This document shows, piece after piece, positions 39,661 to 52,908 of a DNA stretch of 64,000 bases. Below the pieces are notes generated by a model that was not told where the DNA came from, did no database searches, and was given only the letters and a program-made list of their open reading frames with translations. A program made the position numbers and the translations under genes. This stretch comes from Octopus vulgaris (Eukaryota), in assembly GCA_951406725.2 (NCBI GenBank), contig OX597825.1, positions 63,612,001 to 63,676,000 of the forward strand, written 5' to 3'. Every line of letters starts with the position of its first letter. Within the stretch, counting starts at the first letter, position 1.

Positions 39661-41300
39661 ACTTAAAACTAACATTTTATTGAGTACAGTCGCGTACAAA
39701 TGATGCACAAACACACCAAACAGGAACATCAGCAAAATCAGAGAGGAGCAAGGATTTCTACCATGTTACGTAACATCTTTTTGATTATAACCATATGTGC
39801 TTTGCTTATAGGAAACTATCCAGTTGTAAATTACAATTTCACCACTATTATTATAGATTTAAATAATTACATATTTATTAATGTCGATTTATATATATTC
39901 TAAAGCACATGAGAAATTAAACGTCTGGTGTAATAAACTTTAATGCAAATAATTATAGATTTTTACAAACTGATCTTTGGCATAGAAAATATATACAATA
40001 GACAATAACAATACGATATTTTTATATTAAGTTTCAGCAGAATATACCAGAATGTTTTTATTCTTTAGATCTAAAATTATACTGAGATATGATATTACTC
40101 ACGGTAATCTGATCAGTTGAAAGTATTGTGAATACAAAATATCTGTTGAAAGAATCTATACCCGTATTTTCTTAAGATATGCATACTGGAATGACAGGTG
40201 AAAATGGGGGAATATATAACGCATTATGATATCAACACGTTCGCGATAACAAGATGCTGTACATAATTTATTGCTGCTTGGGATTGCGAATAACAAGATG
40301 TGCGTAAGATGTGTTGGCATCGAACTTAGAAATGATGGAAGGTCGAAAGAATAAAATGTAATATGTTTGGTATTAACATAAAGCTAGTAGTGATTTGTAT
40401 TTCCTTTTTAGAATGTCAGGATGTGTGTTTGTGTAGTTGTTAGTTCTATTGATCCAAAAATATATTTTGGTTAGGATCGACAGCTGTTGAGTCTTGTTTA
40501 ACTGTTTGTCTGAGAAGTTGTTTATCGCGGAGGATTAACGTTTGCTGAGAAAATATTATCATACTTTGCCAGAATGAAAGCTTGGAGATAATTTTTTTGA
40601 AGAATATCCAAAGTGACGATTATATAAATTTGGGTTTGTTTTTATAGTAACACACGAACTGCAGATCTAGAATCTTGTGTATATGTATATATGTTTTAAT
40701 TTAATTTCAATCAAAATCCTTCAGCTTATACAAGAGATCTGTTTTTGCTTCCTTCCTGGCTTCAGTCTTTCTTTTTCGATTATGTAGAATAGATTAAATA
40801 AACACCTTCATATTTATTTACTTGCGTTTCAGTGTTTATTTTACTTGTAATAGATTTGTACATATCGAAATCCAATTTATTGAATTAGAAGTTTTATGTT
40901 TTATTCGAAAATGTATGTTTTCAGAAATAAAATAAATATATTTTATCTGATCTTCTCCTTTTAAGTAGTTTGGTCTAAAAATAAAAAAAAAACATCCTTT
41001 ATTTATCACTGTTTCTATTGAGTGACGGACTGTGCTCCTTGATCATATTAAATTCTTATTAGCACATATGAATTAAATCTTTAGGATTTCATATCAAACT
41101 AATTTGAAGGTTGATAAGGAATAATGTGGGGAACATTTTGCGAGTACAATGATAGGGCTTAGGGCTAAATGTACTTAAAATAGATAGCAAAACAAGGAGG
41201 GTGAAGTATGGTTTATAAGTTAGTGGAGAAAAACTTCACTCTGTAGAGTAATGTCAGCTTGGTACTTAAAAATAAATAAACTTAAGCTAGATTACACATT

Positions 41301-41587
41301 GTGGAGGCACATGGCCTAGTGTTTTGAGCAGTGGACTCGTAGTCGAGGAATCGCGGGTTCGAATATCAGACCGGGGGATGTGTGTGTTTATGAGAGAAAT
41401 ACTTAAGCTCCACGCAGCTCCGGCAGAAAGTAACGGCGAACTTCTACTGACTCTTTCGCCACAACTTTCTCTCACTCTTTCCTCCTGCTCCTGCGACGGA
41501 CCGGCATCCGGTCCAGGTGGGGAACCTATACACCAGGGAAACCGGCCCTTATGAGCCAAGTATGGCTCGAGAAGGAACAAACAAAAC
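41301..41587 (+). mobile_element. SINE family C (tRNA head, V-domain-like 3' part)
   Basis: A-box tggcctagtg, B-box gggttcgaat; cctgcgacggaccggcatccggtccagg resembles the V-SINE motif (inference); aacaaac tail. Confidence 0.8.
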
Positions 41588-42532
41588 ATATATTACAGAT
41601 TAGATTTCAAAAATTAATATTTGTGAAAATAAGTATTGTACTAAAGAGAAATTGTGATCCAAAGAATGGTATCTTGCTACTAGAACGCCCGATTAAATAT
41701 TTTAAGTGTTTTGATTCTCTTATCTGTGCTATGAGTTCAAGTCTATCACGGTTTGATATCTGCCTCCCAGTTAGTTCTATATTGATGAAAATATTTCATA
41801 TATTTGCTTCATCATAATATTTCATATATTTGCTTCATCATGTATATTTCATATATTTGCTTCATTATATGTGTCATTTAACTACAAAATATTTCAACAT
41901 TGTGTAAAAGAAACTAAACGGAGATTGGTTACAGATATGTACCTAGTCGCTAACAACCGGACGGCTGATTTAATCTTTCATTGAAGTAACTTTCCACACC
42001 TATATAACGTTGCTACTACAAAATAATGGCCTTCATGCCATCACTTCAGCTCCCTTCTCATATAACACAGCAAGCACATTTATCATATGACTTCGGTTAT
42101 TGATATCATAATTTTCTAACTTTTACTAAAACCATGTCTCTAATTTATTTATACATTATACGGCGTTCTAGTTGCAAGATACAATTCTTTGGATCACAAT
42201 TTCTCTTTAGTACAATACTTATTTTCACAAATATTAATTTTTGAAATCTAATCTGTAATATATGTTTTGTTTGTTCCTTCTCGAGCCATACTTGGCTCAT
42301 AAGGGCCGGTTTCCTAGTGTATAGGTTCCCCACCTGGACCGGATGCCGGTCCGTCGCAGATGCAGGAGGAAAGAGTGAGAGAAAGTTGTGGCGAAAGAGT
42401 CAGTAGAAGTTCGCCGTTACCTTCTGCCGGAGCTGCGTGGAGCTTAAGTATTTCGCTCATAAACACACACATCACCCGGTCTGATATTCGAACCCGCGAT
42501 TCCTCGACTACGAGTCCACTGCTCAAAACACT
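41318..42532. repeat. Long inverted repeat: arms 41318-41689 and 42162-42532
   Basis: About 370-bp arms, near-identical; mirror ORFs on opposite strands in the ORF track. Confidence 0.95.
41790..41868. repeat. Three tandem copies of a ~25-bp unit atatttcatatatttgcttcatcat
   Basis: Directly visible in the spacer of the inverted repeat. Confidence 0.9.
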
Positions 42533-43199
42533 CTTCTTTGTAAATATTCAACCGTCAGAGAATAGCAACTAAAATAAGCCCAGTCAATAGACTGAAATTT
42601 GAAAACTAAACGAGCATCAAACGATACAGTGCTAATTAAAACCTGTTTGAATATAATAATATGATTATATATTCGTTTGATCAGCAACGCTGTAACCAAC
42701 ATTTTATTATTCAGTTTTACACGTCTCACTTTTCGTGAAATAGACAGCGAAAAAAAAAAAAGATCAGTCATCACTATTTTCAGCGTCTGTCTCCTATCTT
42801 TATGCCTGACACTGTCCCGAACTTTCATAACGGATTGCACACTGCTAAAAGCTAGGTACAGCGTGTAAACCTAGCGACGCGTTTAGTGTGTCATATTGTT
42901 AAAACTGGTTTTCAATGGTTTATGTACAAATATTATCTTACTGCATTACCGAATGCAAAACAACCGAATCGTATAGTATACGCCTTATATTTAATTCCAC
43001 ACCACATCAGCTAAATGAAATGAAGTACTGAAATATATTTAGTTTAGATATTCAACGCAGTGTGGATAATATATCATACGGACACACTTGCATACATAGA
43101 ATTACGTGTTTCTCAGTCTGTACGTAAGGGTGTTTTTGTGTCTGCCTCTGTGTGTGTATCTCTGTGTATTTTCTAGCTAGCGATTACTTATATGATCAG

Positions 43200-43521
43200 C
43201 TTAACCTGGCTCTCCGTCGGTTACGACGACGAGAATTCCAGTGGATCCTATCAAAGGAACAGCCTGCCCGAGAAATGAAGGTGGCTGAGCATTCCACAGA
43301 CACACGAACCCGTAATGTAGTCCACAGGGAGAGTTATCGTGACACAGTGCGACAATTTGGTTTTGAAATACAAATAATACTCACTTTTTGCCAGCCGATT
43401 GGACTGGAGCAACGTGAAATAAAGTGTTTTGCTCAATGACACAACGTGTCACTGGGAATCAAATTCATAATCAATCGATCGTAAACGAAATACCCTAACC
43501 ACTAAACCACGCGCCTTCTCA
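43200..43521 (-). mobile_element. SINE family D-like
   Basis: ggactggagcaacgtgaaataaagtgttttgctcaa...ccctaaccactaaaccacgcgccttc. Confidence 0.75.
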
Positions 43522-43857
43522 CTAACATGAACACAAGAACGATATTACAAAACTTACTTATGAGAATATATGCGGTGAAGAACACACTCATAAATGTACA
43601 TCCCTGTGAAATCATGCGCACAAGGAACATGTAAAGAAAATGGCTTATCGTCGACATTTATTTGCGTTCAATCAGGTTTTAACATTGTCAACATTTTAAT
43701 TAGCCGACGCTATCGACCTCAGCACGACAAACAGTGCTTCATTGTATCGGCTCTAAAAAGATAGAAGGTAAGGTTGATTTCGACTGAATTTCAATGCAGA
43801 ATATAAAGAGCAGAAATAATCCAGTCAGCTCACTGATATTTTCCCTTCATCATATCC

Positions 43858-44259
43858 TTACTCTCTCTTTACTCTTTTACTTGTTTCAGTCATTTGACTG
43901 TGGCCATGCTGGAGCACCGCCTTTAGTCGAGCAAATCGACCTCAGGACTTATTCTTTTTAAGCCTAGTACTTATTCTATCGGGCTCTTTTGCCGAACCGC
44001 TAAGTTACGGGGACGTAAACACACCAGCTTCGGTTGTCAAGAGATGTTGGGGAGACAAACACAAACTCACAAACATATACCCATACATACATATAAGAGG
44101 GGCGTCTTTCAGTTTCCGTATACCAAATCCACTCGCAAGGCTTTGGTCGACCCGAAGCTATAGTAGAAGACACTTGCGCAAGCTTCCACACAGTGAGACT
44201 GAACCCGGAACCATGTAGTTGGTAAGCAAGCTACTTACCACACAGCCACTCATACGCCT
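43858..44259 (-). mobile_element. SINE family A, full length
   Basis: Reverse complement match, including the tail. Confidence 0.92.
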
Positions 44260-45789
44260 ATACATTGTAAGTTTTTTAACAAAAGGAAAGGCAAAACAAA
44301 AATCAGAGGAGGCAATGGATAATATATTTTGAGATGAACTATAGAATCACCGAAATATAATTTGATCATAAATTTTGAAGAATGCGATCGTCCTGGGGCT
44401 AAGCAGCAACAATAACAAAGACGTTATCATCCTCTGTAGCAGCAAGAATGGCTATTCAAGTTGTTATTTTTAACAAAAAGCGTAGATATAAACTAGAATG
44501 CGATGGGATTTTCTTGAATGTTCTACATGGAAGATTTCAATACAGCAATGTAATGAATCTCTCGAAGCTGTGTTTTAGTTATCTCAGCCAATATCATATT
44601 ACTAAAGGCACGAAAGAAGCATATACAATAAGGGGGTATTTTGTTTCAATCTAAACTCTTCCATTGCTGGAGCTTATGGAGTTCAGCCTGCTATGAAAGG
44701 AAACTGAAGAGATAAAATGAACGAAAAGTTCAGTACAATAGGACCAGAAAGTATATTAACCGAAGTTTATACTTGCTAAAATCTCATCGGAAAATATTAA
44801 CTGAAGATTCCTGTAGTTCTTTTATTTATTTATTTTGGTAAATAGATAATTTTTTAACTATTATTTTGTCACGAAGAAATAAACATTTATATCGAAAATA
44901 ATAAAACAGAAATTAGAAATGATAACAACTTGATTTGTTTTGATTTGTTTTGTTCTTTTTTTATATTTTTCGGATGGCAAAAATATTTTTTCAGAACAAA
45001 AGGTGGCAGAATATAATCTTGTATTTTATAGTCGATCACCTGAAATCTTGGAAAAGATAAAAATAAAAAAAAAAAAACTGAACACAAAAACCTCGGTGAA
45101 ATAGGCCTGCCACCAGACTGTTTATAAAATATGTTAGAAAAGAGGAAAGAAAAAAAGCAGAGGGGGAAAGGGGTATAGAGAGGGGGGAGGGAGAGTAGAC
45201 AATAAAGGAGAAAAAGAGAAAAAAGAAGAAAAAATAAATAAATCAAGACGAATTGAAAAATTATTTATAATCTTTTGTAGTGAAACTGGGCAAAATACAT
45301 ACAACACTGCTTGAGATGTGTTTAAATATATCTGAAGTCACTAAAACATTCACATAAATATCATACACGCATACAGACATACATTTTGCATACACACACA
45401 CACACACACACACATACACGTATACAAATGAACTAACTCAGAGACACACGTTAACCAGTACCAGAAGCAGCATTAATAAATCAGGCACCCACTTGCATAC
45501 ATAGATTCATGTGTCAATCTGTGTGCATGTGAGAGTGTGTGTGTTTGTGAATGCGACTTTGTGTGTGTGTGTGTGCGTGCGTGTGAAGGTATGTGCACTG
45601 CTCTACTAACAACTACTCATATGAACATAAATATGACATTGCAAAACGCAGTCATACGCCGTAAAGATACCTACACAAAAAGCCTTTGTTGCATAATCAT
45701 ACACACACTCTAACACACACTCAGAGACAATATAAGTTTTAAACTTATGAACACATACATATGATGTACATACACTTACAAAACAATCG

Positions 45790-45843
45790 TATATATATAT
45801 ATGTATATATATATGTATATATAGATGTGTATGATTATATGTT

Positions 45844-45919
<76 letters not shown>

Positions 45920-46027
45920 TAGATAGATAGATAGATAGATAGATAGATTGATACATTTATATATGTGTGTATATCTATATATGTATTATATGTATGTATG
46001 TATATATAAGCATACTCAGAAATTTAT

Positions 46028-46059
<32 letters not shown>

Positions 46060-46309
46060 CGTGTGTGTGTATGTGCGTGTGTGAGTGTGTTTATATATAT
46101 AGACATACATGTGTTTATATGCGTGTGCGAGTGTTTGTGTAGAGTGGGCAGGGAGAGGAGGAGGTTACATCAATATTCGTGCAAAAACAAAGTGCTCAAA
46201 GGACGCTGATGTTCAGAATATTATGATTGTGTCTTGCTTATATACATTCTATATATACTGTATATGCATGTGTGTTTGCATAGATGGATGTACAGATACA
46301 TATATACGC

Positions 46310-46348
<39 letters not shown>

Positions 46349-46583
46349 CAAATATATGTATGTATGTGTATATATATATATATACGTATACATATACATA
46401 TACATATACATATATATGTAGGTAGGTAGGTATGTTTAGTATATATATTAAAATTAAAATGTGTATGTAGTTAAATATTTGCCAAAACAGACATTTAGCA
46501 CATTGTTTACGCGTGTGTACAAATATAAATACGTACATACGCTTACTTATATACGTGCGTGCGTATAAGTGAGTGTTTGTGTT

Positions 46584-46631
<48 letters not shown>

Positions 46632-46632
46632 C

Positions 46633-46692
<60 letters not shown>

Positions 46693-46700
46693 TGTTTGTA
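45790..46700. repeat. Cluster of (TA)n/(GATA)n/(TG)n microsatellites
   Basis: Directly visible. Confidence 0.9.
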
Positions 46701-47596
46701 TATATGTGTGAATGTAAGCACATGTGTGAATCTGTGTTTGATTGTCTATTTCTGTGGATGACAATTCAAATATCTACTGAAGGAAATAGTTAAATGTTGC
46801 AATAAAACACTACGAAATCAATGACTGTCATTTGTGTATAAAACAGCCAGGATACAATATTGTATTGATATATAATCAATTCTATGTAACTTCGAACAAA
46901 GGAAAGAGCAGGAGCTCGAATAATGATAGAATCACAAGTAAAATTATAAATTTTATGTTGTTATAATACGTGTGAGGGACGTACGTCCATTTATTTTGAT
47001 TCGCTTCAGATGATTTGAAAAACTAAAATATTTAGTGATCGACATCGATTATGAACACGATCGACATCGATAACAAAAGCTACCAACACATTACTACCCA
47101 CCAACCTCTCTACTACCGTAAATAATACAAAGCGTGACTATCACCACCGGCACAACAATCTATATATAACAAGTGTTATTACAAATACGACCTCCATCTG
47201 ATTTCTTTTCTCATACATTATATCAACAACGTCATCATTATGATCATTATTATCATCATTATCTTCACCATTATCAAGGATCCCAAAACTAAGAGTGTCC
47301 CTCAGACAGCTAGATATGTCGGTTAAATCTCTCAAGAGCTATATTTTGAAATATTGGGGGTTACTTTGGAAGATGTAGTTTTTACTAGGTTTAAAGACGT
47401 TATGGTTAGATCTGCACGAGTAATTTTGATATTGTAGACTCACCTGTCAATTTCAAGATTTGAGGCAAATCTGACCCTTTGACTTTGAGTTTGTATAAAA
47501 GCGCAACAACCACTATCGTCACAGCAATCTATACGTAAGAAGTGATACGTCTAATGCAATTTACATCTGATCTTTTAATTGTACATATATACAAAC

Positions 47597-47742
<146 letters not shown>

Positions 47743-48570
47743 ACACACGAACACTCACGCATACCCACACACGTATATATGTAAACGTATTTTAAAAAAA
47801 CCTATCCTATTTGGTATTCCAAACCAGATGTATAGGACCAGGGTAGACATGCCTTAAACACCACTGCACTATTTTTCTTTCATCCCGCCTGTTGGCAGTT
47901 TAACAGTTTCACACCGTAAACGGGTAAATTTTAAATAATACATTTTAAACATGCAAAACTTGAAAAAACTACAATCACCGTCACTATCATTATTGTCATC
48001 ACTGTCCTCACCATTATTAGGATCCCAAAACAAAGTACGCTTCTATGTTGTCACTCAAACACCTAGCTATATTTGTTAAGTCTCTCTATGCTTAACTTTT
48101 CAAATATTGAGAGTTAGTTCGGATGATGTCGTTTTTAAATGAATTAAAGATGGTGTGGTTACTACTAGATCTGTTTGATCGTCATCATTATCATCATCAA
48201 TAATCTAATCATTCCTAAGGATCCTAAATTAAGGGTGTCTGTGTTTTGTCACTCAAACAGCTAGCAATGTTAATTAAATCTATCTAGAATAAATTTTTCA
48301 AATATTGAGGACTTTTTACCCGAATTAAAGACGTTGTGGTTACTATTTGGTCTATTTGATCATTGATATACATGATTAACTTTGGTATTGCTGATTCATC
48401 TGTCAATTTCAGAATTTGAGGCAAGTCTGGCCCTCTGACATACAATTATAGTTTAGTTAACGGCTTTGTATAGAGGTTCCACACACACAGATTCATTCAA
48501 ACATCTTGGCTCGATATTTTAGCTTGTGTCGTATGTCTGGTCAATAACGAAGTTCGCGGATAAATATAAA

Positions 48571-48952
48571 CAACATCGGTTCTATGTCAGCGTGTGTATA
48601 TAAGACTTCTGTGCGTAATAAGATAAAAAACCAAGGCTGTATAGATATTAGAGTATTTATAGATAGGTCTTACAGCAGTTTCTAAAACGGATTTACAAAT
48701 TCAATACCCATACATATCTTACATCTATTTTCTTTCCCCCACCACTCTCTCTATTTGTATCACACTGAAACTAACTATGACTTAATCTTACCTCTCACAC
48801 TGTCTCCGATGAAAGGATACTATTAATTAATATCCTAGAAACAGCTGTAAGACCTATCTATAAATACTCTAATATCTATACAGCCTTAGTTTCTATTTAT
48901 TTTATTACGCAAAATATTCTTATATACACACGCTGACATAGAACCAACGTTG
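48571..48952. mobile_element. Fold-back element (arms 48571-48684 and 48836-48952), like an inverted PLE pLTR
   Basis: ggttctatgtcagcgtgtgtatataag...gtcttacagcagtttcta versus tagaaacagctgtaagac...cttatatacacacgctgacatagaacc. Confidence 0.8.
48802..48853 (+). ncRNA. Minimal type-I hammerhead-like motif
   Basis: GTCT-CCGATGA-a-AGGATA-loop-TATCCT-a-GAAA-CAGCTG-TA-AGAC; U4C core variant, palindromic ACAGCTGT stem III. Confidence 0.6.
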
Positions 48953-49601
48953 AACCCTTTATTCGCAATATTACCGAATCTGGAACTTAACTATGGTCTG
49001 TCTATAGCACTTATTCAGCATTACCTGACAGTTTTGGGTCTCAATGACACCATTATCTCTTATAAAACAACATCCTCACGAATACCACTAACACTTCTAG
49101 TAGCAAGCCAATGTCACAGTCAGCACGTGGTCATTCAGATTGATGAATATAGCAGTGATCACTACTTTAAAATTCCGTTAATTGTACTGATATACGATAT
49201 TCCTTTATTGAATAGATCGTATAGTACCCATGATTTGTTCTATAATTTTAAGCCTCCTATATACAAAATTTGCTACGTTCATTCTCAGTTATAAGGTTTA
49301 CTGTTTTTATGATTGAAGTTTTTGCAAGTTTTGCATGTTTAAAATGTAGTATTTAAAAGTTACCCGCTTACGGTTTTAAAATGTTAAACTGTGAAGAAAA
49401 ATAGTGTAGTGCTGTTTAAACCATGTCTACCCTGGTCCAATACATCTGTTTTGGAATACCAAATAGGGGACGTCTTTTCTTTTGCGTCGCGTATACAACA
49501 TATGAATGCAACAATGAATAATGTACCCCTATATATGCAAATTTTGCATGATATATAAGATTAGTCACGTTGGATAACAGTTAGTCTCAGAGTTGCAAGA
49601 G

Positions 49602-50016
49602 AAGGCGGTGAGCTGGCAGAAACGTTAACACGCCGCATGAAATGCTTAGCTGTATTTCATCTGCCGTTACGTTCTGAGTTCAAATTCCGCCGAGGTCGAC
49701 TTTGCCTTTTATTCTTTCGGTGTCGATTAAATAAGTACCAGTTACACACTGGGGTCGATATAATCGACTTAATCCGTTTGTCTGTCCGTGTTTGTCCTCT
49801 CTGTGTTTGGCCCCTTGTGGTAGTAAAGAAATAGGTATTTCGTCTGCCGCTACGTTCTGAGTTCAAATTCTGCCGAGGTCGACTTTGCCTTTCATCCTTT
49901 CGGGGTCGATAAATTAAGTACCAGCTACACACTGGACTCGATGTAATCGACTTAATCCCTTTGTCTGCCTTGTTTGTTCCTTCTATGTTTAGCCCCTTGT
50001 GGGAAATAACGAAATA
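49602..50016 (+). mobile_element. SINE family B dimer (head + two bodies)
   Basis: Body restarts at ggtatttcgtctg (~49833); possible TSD ttgcaaga at 49593-49600 and 50021-50028. Confidence 0.9.
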
Positions 50017-50035
50017 TGAATTGCAAGAACATAGC

Positions 50036-50340
50036 CATGTGTTTAGAGGGATTCTTTGGGGTTTGAATAATTCACCTCTGGAAACACGGGTGTTTCGTTC
50101 AACATCCTTAAACAACCCTTATTCAGGGACCTTTTGAGCGGGATGGGTTAGTCGACCAGAACAAAATTCTAACTAGGCCCCACCTACAAGGTCATGCGGT
50201 CACTATGTCACGCACATATGTTTGTGATGCATGTGCCTAGTGTACCCTTATCGGATGGGCAGTCATGATAGTTATACTGGGCTTCGTATATTTTACCCCG
50301 TTGTCACTTTGATGGCATGTACTGCTCTCTCACTCAATAA
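50036..50340 (+). mobile_element. Probable retroelement 3' end with (AAT)n tail
   Basis: Unique-looking segment running directly into the (AAT)n tract (...ctgctctctcactc-aataat); family not identified. Confidence 0.45.
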
Positions 50341-50347
50341 TAATGAT

Positions 50348-50436
<89 letters not shown>
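50336..50436. repeat. (AAT)n tract, left flank of the Dong/R4 insertion
   Basis: Directly visible. Confidence 0.95.
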
Positions 50437-50437
<1 letters not shown>

Positions 50438-51398
50438 GAGCAATTGGCTGATAGGTGGGAGGAGAAACCTCTGCACGGCAAATATGTGACCCGCAGCAAA
50501 CAAGCTGATGTTGACCAGAAGCAAACCCATCAGTGGCTACGGAGCTCAGGGCTAAAAGCAGAGAGCGAAGGTTTCATCCTGGCTGCTCAAGATCAAAGCC
50601 TATTAACCCGGAACTACCAGGCCAATGTGATGAAAAATGGAGCAGACCCAAAATGCCGATTCTGCAACGACATGATTGAAACAGTCGACCACCTAATCTC
50701 TGGATGTAAAGTCTTAGCACCAGTGGAGTATAAATTAAGACATGACAGAGTTGGCCAATATCTCCACTGGCTAATAAGTCGGCATTACAATATCAAAACT
50801 GCCGACAAGTGGTATAATAACCACCCTAAGGCTGTAACTGAAGGTGAAAATGTAACCATTCTGTGGGACTTTCCAGTACATACAGACCGAACCATCAAGG
50901 CCAATAAACCAGATATTGTTGTGAAAGACCAAAACAATAAAGTTTGCTTATTGATCGACATGAGCATCCCCTGTGATCATAATATCTCAGCGAAAGAGTT
51001 TGACAAGCTCAGAAAGTATAAAGACCTACTCATTGAAATTGAGAAAATGTGGCATCTCAAGGCGGTTACAATACCAGTGATCGTAGGAGCACTAGGAATG
51101 ATCAAGAAGGGAACCGAAAATTATATGAGAATGATCCCTGGCTTACCATCCCTGCAAGAAGTGCAAAATATTGTCTTAACTGGTACATCACACGTATTGA
51201 GAAGAGCATTGTCGATGTGAGAACTGTTGCTGCTCATGTATTTTAATTTAACTTTAAAAAAAAAAAAAAAAAAAAAATGAACGAACTACTGAGTTTGGTT
51301 TAATGGCCTACCAATGTATACTATGAGTTTCTTTGCCCTAGGAGTCGGGAAGACACTTGGCAAGAAATGGAAGCAAATTTGAAAGAACAAAAAAAAAA

Positions 51399-51399
<1 letters not shown>
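50437..51399 (+). mobile_element. 5'-truncated R4/Dong-clade non-LTR retrotransposon (zinc knuckle + restriction-like endonuclease + 3'UTR)
   Basis: WEEKPLHGKY, AAQDQSL; CRFC...ETVDHLISGC (CCHC); RHD; WDFPVHTDR...KPDIVV...LIDMSIP...KLRKY; PVIVGALG. Open to the stop at 51220; flanked on both sides by (AAT)n, the known Dong target. Confidence 0.92.
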
Positions 51400-51441
<42 letters not shown>

Positions 51442-51455
51442 TAATAATAATAATG

Positions 51456-51521
<66 letters not shown>

Positions 51522-51522
51522 T
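51400..51522. repeat. (AAT)n tract, right flank
   Basis: Directly visible. Confidence 0.95.
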
Positions 51523-51849
51523 TCTTGAAATGTTCAGAGATGGGAGTTGTTAGATGATTGCGTCGATCCCTGATCTCGACTTATACTTATATTACTGAAC
51601 CTGAATAATAAAAGGCAAAGTCAATCTCAGGTTAATTTGGAATCTGAACGTAAAGCCGGAATAGGTATACCACTGATCTTTCTGTCCCCTGTCCTAACAA
51701 ACTAGGTAGTTCACCCCATTAATGATGACAATAATAACAAGAGCTACAGTTCTTTCTAATTATATCACAAAGACTATAATATTTAGGGGAGCGGACATTT
51801 AAACTACATAGACCTTCCCTCCCGAATCTTATAGACTCATAGAGACCTG

Positions 51850-52050
51850 TTTCCGTAGCATATATATTATCCACCTGGATGGGCATCCACTTCCTTGCAC
51901 GATTACACATTTTTGCAAGTTACGTGGACTGGGACTACCTGATATGAAGCGTTTTGGCCAAGAACACAACGCGTCACCCGGGCCAGGAATCGAAACCACA
52001 ATCTGACGAACATAAGCCTAACACTCTAACAACTAAGCCACGCGCCTCTA
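51850..52050 (-). mobile_element. SINE family D-like, decayed
   Basis: caagaacacaacgcg...ggaatcgaaaccacaatc...ctctaacaactaagccacgcgcctc. Confidence 0.7.
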
Positions 52051-52737
52051 CTACAGTGACCCTATATATTTTTTACCGACTTCGATAGGCCCGATATGTT
52101 TTTTTTTTCCGACACCGGCATTTCGCCACCTTCAAATTCACATATGAAAATGCACTATTATGGTGATATATCATGTGGAAAATAAATGTTATTGAATAAA
52201 ACATGCGATTGGATATATTTTCAATAAAAATTTTAATATTTAAAAAGTAAAGGTTAATAGGTGATTAACTTAAAAATAAATTATAAAAGCCACACAGTAA
52301 GATTGAGTAAAGTAATTATCGTGCACAAAGCCATAAAAATGAAATGTGGTTTGATAAAAATTGTAAAGTTATTAAATGGTAAGTAAAATATAATAATTAT
52401 GCAAAATTCATGTATGGATGAAAAGTATATATTAGCATACAATATCAAAATATGAAATGGTAAACTTTAGAGGTAATTGTGGGACAATGTATCAAAACAA
52501 ATATCAAATATTAAATATTAAACAAATGTACACCTAAATGGTATAGAGTAATGTGCTACTGATCAAGCATATATTAAGGTGCTTGCTTTCATAGATATAA
52601 AATTTTAGGTTTTAAATTCAAGCACTAGGCTACGATTCAGAATTAACTTAGTAACATTCAATGTTTCCTGGTGAAATAAGTCAGTCAAGATATTGTGTGC
52701 TGCCTAACAGATAGCTCTATTGAGAGTGTTACGTTCC

Positions 52738-52908
52738 AAAACCCCTCGCGATATGTGAAAATCTACGAAATAGAAACTGTACTGTATATTATTTTCATAA
52801 TTTTACATATTTATTTTATTATAAAATGCCAAACAACACTACGGCGGAATCGACGTAAGCTTAAATAATAAACTGCGATAGGTTAACTGCGATATGGCGA
52901 GGGTTTGC
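52738..52908. mobile_element. Small MITE (pogo/Tigger-like TIRs)
   Basis: aaacccctcgcgatat ... atatggcgagggttt imperfect TIRs with internal gcgata repeats. Confidence 0.5.

Larger units (their letters stand above)
47805..49468. repeat. Inverted repeat pair, ~165-bp arms (47805-47976 and 49311-49468); possible non-autonomous TIR element
   Basis: cctatttggtattccaaaccagatgtataggaccagggtagacatg... versus catgtctaccctggtccaatacatctgttttggaataccaaatagg. Confidence 0.85.

Noticed and set aside
41301-41372. tRNA gene candidates at SINE heads
   Set aside because: A/B boxes are present but there is no full cloverleaf, and they continue into SINE bodies
41790-41868. CRISPR-like short repeats
   Set aside because: Head-to-tail tandem without spacers, eukaryotic context, no cas genes
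50231-51220. 329-aa host gene with poly-Asn
   Set aside because: The C-terminal part is an R4/Dong retrotransposon fragment; the N-terminus is repeat-derived read-through
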